Source: Octopus vulgaris (Eukaryota). Taken from it: 64,000 nucleotides of DNA. Numbering within the stretch: the stretch's first letter is position 1; each line of letters starts with the position of its first letter. Shown in pieces: positions 39,127 through 52,066 of this stretch. The translations under genes were made by a program, and so were the position numbers. The DNA lies in NCBI GenBank assembly GCA_951406725.2, contig OX597826.1, positions 32,798,001-32,862,000 on the forward strand. Reading direction: 5' to 3'. The notes under the pieces are model-generated. The model saw only the letters and a list, made by a program, of their open reading frames with translations, made no database searches and was not told where the DNA came from.

Positions 39127-40231
39127 TATATATATATATGCACATATAAATATATATTCATACACATATACAGGAATGCATACATACATGTGTAAAGATA
39201 TCTATACCTACTTGCATCTCTCTTTCACTTTCTCCCCAATCTCTCCCTCTCTGTCTGTCTGTCTGTCTGTCTCTCTCTCACTATATATATTTATGTATAT
39301 GTATGTGTGCATGAAATATTGTCAAGGTAGAAATTTCAAGTTTTTATTCATTTCTTCTTTGTGTCATAGAATCAAATTTGAAATTCGATATTTTTTCAAT
39401 AAAAAAATTACAATTACAAAAAAGAAAATCATTTAAATCTGAAATTCAATGGCAATCCAGAGTCAGAAATATAGTTTAGCATTTCCTGTCTTCCGTTTTC
39501 TGAGAGTGTGTCTGTGCTTGAGTGTGTGAGTGTGTGAGTGTGTGAGTGTGTGTTTGTGTGTGACTGTGTGACTGTGTGTTTGTGTGTGTATGTGTGTGAC
39601 AGTGTGAATGTGTGTGTGTATGTGTGTGAGTGTGTGTGTGTGTGAGTGTGTGTGTGTGTGAGTGTGAGACTGTGTATGTGTGTGACTCTGTGTGTGTGTG
39701 TGACAGTATGTGAGTGTGTGACAGTATGTGTGTATGTGACTCTTTGATTGTGTGTGTATGTGTGTGACTCTGACTGTGTGTGAGTGTATGCGACTGTGTG
39801 TAAGATTGCGTGTGTATGTGCGCACGTGCGTGTGTGTGACTCTGTGTGTGTGGGTGTGTGACTGTGTATGTGCATGTATATGTGTGACTTTGTGTGTGTG
39901 TGTGTGTGTTATCAAGCATTGTTATCTTTCTGTCTGTTTTCAGTTTTCATGTTTTATTCTTTCTTTTTTATATACTTTTTGTTTTCTTTCTTTCTTTCTT
40001 TCTACTCATCAATTTTCAATTTCTTCAGTTTTCTTTCTTTTCACCTCTTTATTCATTCATTCTTTCCTTTATTCTCTCTCTCTCTTTCTCCTCTCCTTTC
40101 TTTCTTCCTGTTTTTCTCATTCCGTATTATGTTCCTTCTTCAGTGTAACCTAACAAAATTTGCAGAATACTTTGCATAAAGACCATCTAACATAACCTCT
40201 ATCTATTTCTCTACCTATCCAGCCACTGATA

Positions 40232-40287
<56 letters not shown>

Positions 40288-40440
40288 CATCTATCTATAT
40301 ATCTATCTATCTATCTACTGACTGCCCTACCTCCCTACCTTCCTCCCTACCTCTCTAACTATCTATCTGTCTGTCTGTCTGTCCGTCCGTCCGTTTGTCT
40401 GTCTGTCTGTCCGTCCATCTATCCACCCATCCACTCATCC

Positions 40441-40525
<85 letters not shown>

Positions 40526-40592
40526 ACTATCTATCTACGTACGTATGTACGTACCTACCTACCTACCTACCTACCTACCTACCTACCTACCT

Positions 40593-41066
40593 TCCTGGCC
40601 GTCGTACCTTGTCCCGATCCTACCATCACCAAACTGGAATGCATTCTTTTCTGCTTCTTGTGGAAAGGATACGTTCCGATGGTCAGGCGATCTGTTTGCG
40701 GCCAACACCTGTTAAAAAGAGGGCAGGACTTACTGTGGTTGATGATGCGCAGACACGTGCTGAGACTGCGACATCTCTGGCTCTACATAGACAATGGTGA
40801 AGAGGTGTGGTTACTATTTGTGAGGCGCGCTTTCCTGCAGCTCGTCTCCATGACTGGATTGCAGTCATGGATCAAAAAGAGGCTGAGGAAGGGTGAATGG
40901 CAATGTGAGCGTCGAGTTGCTCTCAAGTAACTATGCTGTTCTGGGTCGACCTTGAGTGACTGCAACACAACCAAAGCATTCTATAGAGGATTAGTGGAGG
41001 GGAGGTACGATGACGATCTCAGGGAAAACCTGGGCATTGACGAGGAATGCCTGACCCACCTGTTTG
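40593..41066 (+). mobile_element. L1/Tx1-like LINE ORF2 internal fragment (post-RT)
   Basis: [38 protein letters not shown]....[11 protein letters not shown] fits the FLW...GGL.lp region of L1/Tx1 ORF2; GC-rich island between microsatellites. Confidence 0.65.
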
Positions 41067-41085
41067 AAACTCCTTATTCTTTTAC

Positions 41086-41122
<37 letters not shown>

Positions 41123-41328
41123 CACACACACACATACACACACATATATATATACATACATACATACATATATATGTATGCTTGTATGTATATATATATA
41201 TATATATATTTATATATGTGCATGTATGTGTGTGTGTGTATGTATATATATATATATATATATATATGGAAAAAAAGTCAAGGCAGAAAATGCTAAAATA
41301 ATTAATAATTTTATCATGAAAAACATTT

Positions 41329-41364
41329 CAGTACCAGTTTCAGTCATTGAAACTTTTTCAACTG
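41329..41364 (-). ncRNA. Minimal type-I hammerhead with U3-A8 core
   Basis: Minus strand: cag-TTGAAAA-agtt(tcaat)gact-GAAA-CTGG-TA-ctg; one transition from the palindrome ACCGGT. Confidence 0.55.
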
Positions 41365-41848
41365 TAAGTATGGAAAATATTTAAATTTTGGAAAAATTAA
41401 ATAAAAAGTTTTTTAAAAGAATATTTGCATTGTATTCAAATACAAGAGGCATTTTCCTTGTTTCTGCCTGTCCCAGTCTCTCTTGTTTATTCTTCTACAC
41501 ACACACACCCACACACACATATATATATACATGTACACATGTATGCACTCTGTGCAAAAACCAGTATAAAACCATGGATTTAAAATATAAAATGGTGATG
41601 AACTATAACAGCAGACCATGTCCCAAGAATACACACAGTTCTTTACTAATCTAAACAATATTGTTAGCTGGTGTACTAACAGAGAGCCTATAAAGTGTTT
41701 AGCCTGGATCGATAATCCCTCACTAATATACCATAGTGGATCCACTTCTAGCATATGGATGTCGACGTAGTGGTCATCCCTCTTATATGCATATATATAT
41801 ATATATATATGTCTTCCCTTCTCTTCTCTGGATCTTTCCTTCTCCTAT

Positions 41849-41883
41849 GTTTCCGACGAAGAGCTCTGCTCGAAACGTTAAAC
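41849..41883 (+). ncRNA. Minimal type-I hammerhead (U4C variant)
   Basis: gttt-CCGACGA-a-gagc(tct)gctc-GAAA-CG-TT-aaac; all helices perfect; host repeat 41810-41975 is flanked by (TA)n. Confidence 0.7.
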
Positions 41884-41971
41884 CCTCCTTCTTTCCTGAG
41901 CGTCCAATAATACTATATTTGTTCCATGTCCTCGCGTTGTTGTGTTTTTTTGTGCTTTCTTGTTTGGATTA

Positions 41972-42016
<45 letters not shown>

Positions 42017-42760
42017 TGATATATACATATATACACGCACATACACACACACACACACATACATTCACACACATTTGTCTATCAATCAATCTCTCTACGT
42101 CTCTATATGTCTATCAACCTATCTGTCTATGTACTGACCTACCTATCTATCCATCTAATCTGTCAATCTATCCATCCCTCCCTCCATCCGTCTATTTATT
42201 ATCATGCCCCATCTAACGTCAGTTCTTAGATCTGTGGGTTGGACAGTTCTGCAAAAACACACAACTTACAATACAATTCTTTTATTATTTCTCTGATCAG
42301 GCCTAACATTTCTGGATTTGATTTTATTTCTTTTTTTTACCATTTCATTAGTCACAGAACTACAGCACCGATGATTCTTTGTTATTTCCATATTTGGAGC
42401 AGAATCTGTAAACATATTGGAAAATAGCTTCATGACATTTCTTCTGGAACTTTGAATTCAGAGTTCAAATTTCACTGACGCAAACCTTTATCTTACATAT
42501 TTTCAGGGTTCATAAAATAAATACCAGTCGAATAGTGGGGGTTGATTGTAATTGAATTGCTCCTTCCCTGCAAAATGAAAGGCCTTGTGTCAAAGTCAGA
42601 AAGAATAATTTTCAGGGTCTCCAAGAGAGATGGTAAAAAGGAAGAAACTCGCCCTTAATTTAGGGACTTGATGCAAATGTTTGTAACTGAGTGATTTCTC
42701 TTGAAGGCACCCAAGACCTAGTGGGTGTTGGGGTGATAAGGTAGGGGATTGATTAAGGCG

Positions 42761-42806
<46 letters not shown>

Positions 42807-42852
42807 GGTAATTGTTGTAGTCAACAAACTTCCAGCAAGGTGACATAGATAA

Positions 42853-42933
<81 letters not shown>

Positions 42934-43765
42934 CAGATAGAGAGATAGACAGATAGAGAGATCGATAGGTTGGTAGGTAGGTAGGTAGGCTGGTATGCAG
43001 GTAGGCTGGTTGGTAAGTAGGTAGGTAGAGATAGCTAGATAGATAGATGGATAAATAGTAGCTAGATTGATAGAGGGAGAGACAGACAGATAAAGAAAGA
43101 GAAAGAAAAAGATGGAAAGACAGAGAGGGAGAGAGAGAAAGAGAGAGAGATAGTAAAAGAAGTAATTGGTTTGTCCTTCAGTATTTAGCTGTCCCATGCC
43201 TAACAGCACAGTCAAAGCAACAACAACAGCAACAACAACAACAGCGTAAACAACAACACTTTGCCTTCTTCCAATAGATTCATTTGAATCTGTTGAAAGA
43301 TTATCTGCATTGATTAGATCTGAAAGATTCTTGCTATCTTTGGAATTTGATTCCATTTCATTAAAACTATTAATTTCAAATGAGAAATTTGTCACCAAAT
43401 ACTTTAGCCACGCACACACCAACATATGAATGTGCATACATCTATCTATGCATATATATATACATATATATACTTATACATATATATATATATACTTATA
43501 CATATATATATGTATGTATATATATATATTATACATACACATACATGTATAAATATGTGTGTATATATATATTTATATATATTTATGACTTTACATACAA
43601 GCATGTAGGGTGTGTTTGCATATGTGCATATGCATGTGCGTCTGTACATGTGCCTATTTGTATATATGTGTGTGCACATATATTCATATATAAAAATGTA
43701 TGTATAGAGATAGATAGATAGTTAGATAGATAGATATATAGATAGATAGTTAGATAGATAGATTA

Positions 43766-43822
<57 letters not shown>

Positions 43823-44060
43823 GATAGATAAATAATATATATGTACACACAAACTAATATAAATATATATGCATACATATATATATGTGAATATGTATGC
43901 ATATATATATATACATATATATACATATCTATATATATACATATATATGTATGTATATGTATGTGTATGGGTGTGTGTGAGTGTGCATGTAAATATATGT
44001 GTATATATATACGCATATATCTATATCTATCTTTCTATCTTTCTATCTCTCTATCAATCT

Positions 44061-44470
44061 AGGTGCAGGAGTGGCTGTGTGGTAAGTGGCTTGTTTACCA
44101 ACCACATGGTTCCAGGTTCAGTCCCACTGCGTGGCACCTTGGGCAAGTGTCTTCTACTATAGCCTCGGGCCGACCAAAGCCTTGTGAGTGGATTTGGTAG
44201 ACGGAAACTGAAAGAAGCCTGTCGTATATATGTATATATATATATATATGCGTGTGTGTGTTGGTGTGTCTGTGTTTGTCCTCCTAGCATTGCTTGACAA
44301 CCGATGCTGGTGTGTTTATGTCCCCGTTACTTAGCAGTTCGGCAAAGGAGCCCGATAGAATAAGCATTGGGCTTACAAAGAATAAGTCCCAGGGTTGAAT
44401 TGCTCGACTAAAGGCAGTGCTCCAGCATGGCCACAGTCAAATGACTGAAACAAGTAAAAGAGTAAAAGAG
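44061..44470 (+). mobile_element. SINE family 1, full-length reference copy
   Basis: A box gtggctgtgtggtaag; B box ggttcagtccc; CORE-like ggcaccttgggcaagtgtctt; internal (TA)/(TG) tract; tail (agtaaaag)n. Confidence 0.9.
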
Positions 44471-44520
44471 TATACATATATATATATAGATAGACAGAGA
44501 GATAAATAGATAAATAGGTG

Positions 44521-44560
<40 letters not shown>

Positions 44561-44570
44561 CATACATACA

Positions 44571-44602
<32 letters not shown>

Positions 44603-45099
44603 CATACATATGTACATACATACATACATACATACACAGGTATGTAGAAAGATAGAAAGATACACACACACATATAAGCATATCAAGTCAAAGTTACCAG
44701 ATTTCTTCTACAATGTATAAAATGTTTTTATACTAATTCTTCATTTATAATGATTTTTATGTAATTTTTTATTTTTCTCTTCATCGGAAGGTTATTTTTC
44801 TCTTTTCTTTTACATTAGCTTTCTTTAAATTTCTTGTCAACTTCAGAAGCAATCGTTTGGCAATTTGTATAAATTGCCTGAAATAAGAGAACTGTATAAT
44901 AAATAAAGAAGCCAAGAAAAGCATAAAACAAAAATAAATAAACCAGATGAGGTTACTGAGTTTATGAAAGAAGTGGAACTAGAGTTAAATGGTTTAAAAT
45001 AATTTAATATGAGAAGGGAAGATAATGATAAATAATATGAGTAAAATAATTTGTATATATGTATATATATGTGTGTGTGTGTGTGTGAATGTGTGTGTA

Positions 45100-45142
<43 letters not shown>

Positions 45143-45175
45143 TCAAAATAAACAACAAGTATATCTTCGGTAATT

Positions 45176-45260
45176 TGGTACAATCGTTTCATGCTACTTC
45201 ATTTTATTAAACATTGTAAGTATTACATTAGTTTTAAAATGCTGAGCAATCTTCAGCCAT
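45176..45260 (-). ncRNA. Type-I hammerhead, unit 1
   Basis: Minus strand: tgg-CTGAAGA-t-tgct..catttta.aaac..tgtaa(tac)ttaca..gttt..taaaatg..agca-t-GAAA-CGATTG-TA-cca; core intact. Confidence 0.8.
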
Positions 45261-45366
45261 TTATAGAATGGTTTAAAATAATTTAATATGAGAAGGGAAG
45301 ATAATGATAAATAATATGAGTAAAATAATTTGTATATATGTATACATATGTGTGTGTGTGTGAGTG

Positions 45367-45413
<47 letters not shown>

Positions 45414-45446
45414 TCAAAATAAGCAACGAGTATATCTTCGGTAATT

Positions 45447-45531
45447 TGTTACGATCGTTTCATGCTACTTCATTTTATTAAACATTGTAAGTATTACATT
45501 AGTTTTAAAATGCTGAGCAATCTTCAGCCAT
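45447..45531 (-). ncRNA. Type-I hammerhead, unit 2
   Basis: As unit 1, but with a perfect helix III palindrome (GAAA-CGATCG-TA) and one helix I mismatch (aca). Confidence 0.8.
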
Positions 45532-45799
45532 TTATAGAAGTCTTCCATCAAACAGACAATATATATACTTATATTCATTTCATTTATACTTACATATATA
45601 CTTATATTCATAGCATTGATCAGTTATGTTCTCACTAGTCATAGACTTGTCATTAGAGACTTTAAACTCCAAGCCAGAAGGATGCCAAGAAGCAGAGCAA
45701 TCTGAAAAAGAAGTATTTGGAAGCTTAAGGACCTTTCATATGGTCAGTGATTTAGGGACATTCTATTTGAGAAATTTGATGAGAGGGAGGAGGAACTAC

Positions 45800-48195
45800 A
45801 GACTTGTGATGTAGAGGGTAACTGGGAATTCCTGCAGCACAGATTGCTGAGTACCACAGATCAAATCAGCAGCTGGTGCAAAGTCTCATCAAGACCTAGG
45901 TTAACGTGGTGGTGGAACAATGATGTAGACAATGCTTTAGAGCAAAGAAACAGGCCTGGAAGAGTTGGGCTAGCATGGAACTGTATCAGATAGCCAGAAT
46001 GAAAGCTAGAAGACAGGTATGTCTAGCCAAGGGAGAAGCAGAAAAGAACTTTGCTTATGTTCAGAGATGTGAGGGCCAAAGACTTGAAGTGTTTTTGATT
46101 TCAAGACAGTGTGTGAGAGAAAATTGTGATGTCGTTGGAGAGTAATGCATCGGCATGGATGATGGTGCACTTGCATTTAATGAGTCTGCAAAGAAAGAGG
46201 TTTGGAAATGCCATTATGAAAGACTGCTGAATGTGAAGAATGAATGGGAGGAGGAGAATCTGCCAAATGTTGACCCAGTTGAGGGACCAGCTATCTGAAT
46301 TGATAGTACCTTGGTAGATAAAGCAGATGACAGGAAAAGCCCCCAGCCCATCAGGAAGTACCGCTGAGATGCTTAAAATATCTGGTGGAGTGAGTTTGGG
46401 CCTAGTTACCGTTATTGTAAATCAGGTGGTTCACAAAGGAGTCATACTTAATGACTGGTGTAGCAGCACCATAGTCAACTCCTACAAAGGTAAAAGTGAT
46501 GCCTTAGATAGAAATAATTACAGAGGTATCAAATTGCTGGATCAGGTGATGAAAGTAGTGGAGAGTGTCATAGCCCAGCTAATTATGGAGAGAGTTAGTC
46601 TAGATGAGATGCAGTTTGGTTTTGTGCCAGGGAGAAGCACCACTGATGCTATATTTCTAGTAAGGCAGCTGCTGGAGAAATACATAGCCAAAGATAAACC
46701 TCTGTACTTTGCTTTCGTTGGAGAAAGCCTTTGACAGTGTCCTCCAATCCCTTATCTGGTGGTCAGTGAGGAAACTAGGGATAGATGAGTGGTTGTTGAA
46801 AGTGAGGATTGACGAGTACAGTGAAGAATTCAGGGTACAAGTAAGAGTTTACCAAGGATCAGTACTCAGCCCCTCATGTTCCTCATAGTCCTCCAGGCAA
46901 TAACAGAGGAATTCAAGACAGGCTGCCCCTGAGAGATCCTATATGCTGATGACTTTGTACTTATAGCTGAATCTCAGGTAGGGAAGCAAGGTCTAGAATC
47001 GAAGTTAGCCTAGCAAAAACCAAGGTCTTAGTAACTAAGAGGGCAGATAAATTACAAATCCCTTCGGGTAGATGGCCCTACTCGATCTGTAGAAAAGGTG
47101 TAGGTAGAAAGAATAGGTAGAAAAAAGATGTACCCAGTGTAAGCTATGGACACACAAGAGGTGCAACAATATCAGGAGCAGGTCAACAGGGAAACTAGTT
47201 TTTGTGTCTGGAAGATGCTCAGGTATAATAAACACTGAAAATGTACAGAAAATAGTCTCCATCAACTGCCAGGTGAGTAAGCTAGAGGTAGTAGATAGCT
47301 TCTGTTATCTGGGTGACCAAGTTGGTAGTGGAGGTGGATGCTCTGATGGCAACAAAGGGCTTCTCCCTCAGAGTGAAAGGTAGATTGTATGATGCCTGTG
47401 TGTAAACACCTATGCTACACAGCAGTGTAACATGGGCTGTGACAGCTGAGGACATGTGTAGGCTTGAAAGAAATGAAACCAGTGTACTTCATTGGATGTG
47501 CAATGTCAGTGTACATGTTCAACAGAGTGTAAGCATTTCGAGAGAATAGTTGGGCATAAGAGGCATTGGATGTGGTGTGCAAGAGAGATGACCACACTGG
47601 TCTGGTCATGTGATGTGGATGGATGAGGATAGCTGTGTAAAGAAGTGCCGATCTCTAACTGTGGAGATAACCTGTGGAAGAGTTAGACCTAGGAAGACAT
47701 GGGATGAGGTGGTGAAGCATGATCTTTGAACTTTGGGTCTCACAGAGGCAACAATGACCAGTGACTGAGACCTTTGACAATATCCTAAAGTGAAATCATA
47801 GTTGTGGCCTTTCGAGCATTGGGCATCACAGAGGCAAAGTGGGTGATGCCAGTGGCACATGAAAAGCACCTTTCAAGTGATGGGCTTCATGGAGGCAAGG
47901 ATGAATGACTGAGACCATGGCATTATGTCGTGCTTGAGTAGAAGACCCATCAAGCCAAGTAAAATCGCAGTTGTGGCAGATACTGGTGTCACACAAATGG
48001 CACCCATGCCAGTGGCACATAAAAGCACCCATTACACTCTTGGAGTGGTTACTGTTAGGAAGAGCATCCAGCTGTAGAAGACCATGACAAATCAGACTGG
48101 AGTCTGGTGCAGCCTTCCAGTTTGCCAACTCTGGTCAAACCATCCAACCTCTGCCAGCATGGACAATGGATGTTAAATGATGATGATGATGATGG
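45800..48195 (+). mobile_element. 5'-truncated, decayed RTE LINE (RT, PHD-like insert, C-terminus, 3' UTR, (GAT)n tail)
   Basis: WWN..V; KAPSPSG..AEMLK; YKGKSDALDRNNYRGIKLL; QFGFVPGRSTTDAIF; EKAFD; QGSVLSP; LYADD (~46940); SFCYLG; KTWDEVVKHDL; many stops and frameshifts. Confidence 0.95.
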
Positions 48196-48251
48196 TGATT
48201 TTGATGCTATATATATATATGTATGTATGTATATATATATATATATATATA

Positions 48252-48500
48252 ACTCAGATAGCTTCAGATAACTTAGATATGTTTCGACCAAAGATTAGTC
48301 CAGGCCACGTCTGACCTGATGGCACCACCTGATAGGATTATCTAAATTCTTTTAAAATCAAGTTTTGTGGTATCATGGCCCATTCGAGTAGGGAGTTCTT
48401 GTGTGAGTTGTATCCAGGTGTAGGGGGCTCATCTGGTATTCCTTGAAGAAATTTGTTCAGATTCTGTTTAAAAAATGATGGAATCATTTTCCTCTTTGAC
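48252..48500 (-). mobile_element. CR1-group LINE extreme 3' end
   Basis: Minus strand: FKQNLNKFLQGIPDEPPTPGYNSHKNSLLEW, then a short UTR and an (atctaagtt)-like repeated tail. Confidence 0.65.
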
Positions 48501-48515
48501 CTGTTTTATGTATGT

Positions 48516-48888
48516 CTTTTATCTTTTATTTGTTTCAGACTGTGGCCATGCTGGGGCACTGCCTTTGAGAATTTTTAGTTGAATGAATCAACCCCAGTGC
48601 TTATTTTATTTAAGCATGATTTTTATTCTATTAATCTCTTTTGCCAAACTGCTAAGCCAATATCAGTTGTCAAGTGGTGGTAGGTGTATGACAAACAGAG
48701 ACACAAAGAACACACATTAATATATGTGCATGTTTAACTACTATTGGCTTCATTCAGTTTCCATCGACCAAATCCACTCACAAGGCTTTAGTCAGCCTGA
48801 GACTATAGCAGAAGACACTTGCCCAAGGTTCCATGCAGTGGGACTGAACCCAGAACCATGTGGTTGGGAAGCAAGCTTCTTACCACAC
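48516..48888 (-). mobile_element. SINE family 1
   Basis: Reverse complement of the reference copy. Confidence 0.8.
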
Positions 48889-49049
48889 ATATATAATATA
48901 CATATATAATATCTATTTTTTCATATGTGTATGAAGCAGAAAAAAAAAAAAATGAAAATCCAGTTGGAGTCATTAAGAAGATTTATTTACCATTATTTAA
49001 TTGGTTTCACAATTCATTGATTTTGGAAAATAGTATGAGATGAAGAGAT

Positions 49050-49482
49050 GCTGTCTTCCCAAAATCTCACAAAATTACTCATTGAACTATTTAATTCATC
49101 AATAAAATCGCTGTTCTTCTGTTTTGTCAATAGATACTGCTTCACTTAGATGTTCTCATATATTGTTATTTTTCCAAATTTCAACAAAAATACTCCATTC
49201 CAAGTTATCACTAAAACTGACTTTCTAACTTAACAATAGAATTCCAGGAGATTCCCCATATTGTCAATAGATTACGGAATTGCTCATCTTCCAATTTGTC
49301 AAAAGATTTGCTGACTTCTCAAATTGTTCGATAAATATGTGCCTTCATGATTTGTCTGCAGAATTGGTGCCTTTCAAAGTTGTCAAAGAATTGCATTTTT
49401 TTCCACATTATCAATAGAATGAATACCTTTCAGATTAACCAAAGAAATTCTGTCTTTCCAAATTTCTCTTGAAAAGATCTGC
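49050..49482. repeat. Cryptic, highly diverged ~27-bp minisatellite (about 15 units)
   Basis: Recurrent (c)ttccaaattgtcaatagaattgctg-like units, for example cttccaatttgtcaaaagatttgctga, ctttcaaagttgtcaaagaattgcatt and ttccacattatcaatagaatgaatac. Confidence 0.65.
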
Positions 49483-49675
49483 TGGTTTGTCATCATTTGC
49501 TTCATTTATAGGCATATATGTATACTGTTTACTATACATACACATATATACATGTATACTGTTTACATACACACATATATACCCATATGTTTATATATAC
49601 ATACATATACAAACATATATATGCATTTATACATACATACATACATACATACATACATACATGCATACATCCATC

Positions 49676-49742
<67 letters not shown>

Positions 49743-49772
49743 GAAAAGTTGGGATTAATGTATATATAATGT

Positions 49773-49813
<41 letters not shown>

Positions 49814-50024
49814 CACCTTATATATGCATACAGATACATACATACACACACACACATACATACAGAAATATAAATACACACATGTACCTGTTTATTTAAC
49901 ATCTATTTACCTACTTAACTACATTCCAACCAGCATACATTTTATCCATCCATCCATCTCTCTCTCTTCCCCCCTCTCTCTCTCTCTCTCTATCTATCTA
50001 TCCATCCATCCGTCCATCCATCCA

Positions 50025-50075
<51 letters not shown>

Positions 50076-50098
50076 CTATCCATCCGTCCATCCAGCCA

Positions 50099-50137
<39 letters not shown>

Positions 50138-50812
50138 CTATCCATCCATCCATCCTTCTCCTTATCTCTCTCTCTCTCCCTATCTACCTTGTCTTTCCCT
50201 ATACCTGTCTTTCCTTTCTGATCTCTCTGGTTTCTTTTCAAGTTTATACCCCCACCTTTTGCTAGATTTTTTCTTTCTCTTCACTCAGAAGAAAACTGGC
50301 TACAATGCATAGCAAGATGAAATAAGATAGCCACCACTTTCCTTTCACTAACCTTTGAGTATAATTTCTATACATAATATCTCTTTTAAGCTCCTTATTC
50401 ATGAAAAGGGGCTTCTTCGTTTGTTCAGTTTTCTGCACCCATTGTCCGCTAAGTGTTGCACCTCTGCATATACATGCATCAATTATGCATCTATCCTATG
50501 GCAATATTTGCATCAGTATAAATGAACTTAATTCGAGATCTTTCATTTTACTCTGCTGCCAGAAATAGGCATCGTATCTTATAGGAATATTGATATTTTT
50601 TAGGAGCACAACATATTGTTATTGAGAAACCTAAGTCTGTGTTATTGTTCGTGAATTTCTCAAGGTCAGCACTGGAATGGTTACAACCTGTTATCAAACA
50701 TCATTATCAAACATCATTACTTGGTACTCACCTCTGATATATGATTCATCTTTTACTAGGTCCTGTTATTGCATTGTGACCATGCTGGGGCACCACGTTC
50801 AGTTGTCCAGTT

Positions 50813-51196
50813 CAGTGCTCTGCAAACTTTCTTAACTACCAGTACACTTATATTCTTTTCAAAATTTGGCAGCACACCTGAATTAAAATTATACTTAAAA
50901 GTATAGGGAAAAAAGTCATATTCAGGTGACACTGTTGCACAACCAGCATCACCTCATGGCACACCTATCATCGTATGGTGGAACACCTAGCATCATCCCA
51001 TGGGACACCTAGCACCATCTCATGGCACAACAAGCATCGTTTTGTGGCACACCTATCATTATCTCGTGGCACACCTAGCCTCATGTCATAGCACATCTGG
51101 TATCATCTTGTGGCACACCCAGCATCGTCTCATGGCACACCTAGCATCGTCTCATGGCACACCAGTGTGTCACAGCATACTGGTTACAAGGCACTG
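50813..51196. mobile_element. hAT (Charlie-like) MITE with an internal 22-bp array of about 10.5 units, inserted in a SINE family 1 copy
   Basis: TIRs cagtgctctgcaaac / ggttacaaggcactg; 8-bp flanks gtccagtt / gtttagtt; unit catggcacacctagcatcgtct at 50933-51162. Confidence 0.85.
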
Positions 51197-52066
51197 GTTT
51201 AGTTGAATAAATGAACCCAAGAATTTATTTTTTTTGTTTTTTAATCTGCTACTTATTTTATCAGTATCTTTTTGTTGGACTGCTAATTCATGGACAGATA
51301 AACAAGCCAACACCATTTGTCAAGCTGTGGTAGCAGCACAAACTGAAAGATACACACATACATACTCACACAAGCCTTCACATAGTTTCTATCTACAAGA
51401 TTCACTCACATTGCTTTGGTTGGCATAGGAATCAAGGTGTCGCACTGTGGGACTGAACTCAAAAACATTGTGATTGCAAAGTGAGTTTCTTAACCATACA
51501 CACACACACACACATACTTGTTTTCTATGAATATTATTTTGTGCAATCCGTCGACCAATTTAACACCAACAAATGTTCATTAGAGGAGGTTGCAAGCATT
51601 AAATCTGTTGCAAGCATTAAAGAGACCAGGCACCTGGTTTGAGATTAAATTCATCCCCTTCACCCATCAGTTTTGAGACCTTAACAAAAATAAAAGGTCA
51701 TAGATGGTGCCCTTCCATCCCAGACAAAATAACAAAAAAACAAAAAAAAAAGATAACAAAACAAAAAAAAAGGAGAAACCTGACCATCATCTTTTACAGA
51801 GATTTACAGATCTGAGGCCAGAGTTTATATAAAATGATGTACTCCAACATCTTATAGGAACAGAGTGGGCTTATCATTGATAGGGCCGCAAATGGGGACA
51901 AAAGGACTTTGACAAACCTAAAAGATTGATTAACTAACTAAACAATTAATCAAACAATTAATAAATTAATTAGTTGACTGGTTAAATATTTGATTGCAAT
52001 ATGATCAAGCAATTAATGACATAAAAGTAGAGAAAGCTCCTGCTCCCTAAGGAATCCCCACGGAGA

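Larger units (their letters stand above)
44988..45539 (-). repeat. Tandem dimer (~279 + ~273 bp), each unit carrying a hammerhead ribozyme; retrozyme or Penelope pLTR-like
   Basis: Units start at 44988 and 45267 and are near-identical apart from the internal microsatellite; HHRs at 45176-45260 and 45447-45531. Confidence 0.85.

Noticed and set aside
42718-43437. 239-aa ORF with an apparent type-II membrane anchor (MESNSKDSK...VVVYAVVVVAVVVALTVLLG)
   Set aside because: The hydrophobic stretch is a (TTG)n repeat and the ORF runs into (ATCT)n; no splice donor or homology is recognisable.
44816-44877. Possible minus-strand terminal exon (AIYTNCQTIASEVDKKFKES*) after a strong acceptor
   Set aside because: No upstream coding exons or recognisable protein; left as an unsupported splice-like signal.
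50933-51162. Regular 22-bp array as a CRISPR-like locus
   Set aside because: Contiguous tandem units without spacers, inside a hAT MITE, and no cas genes.
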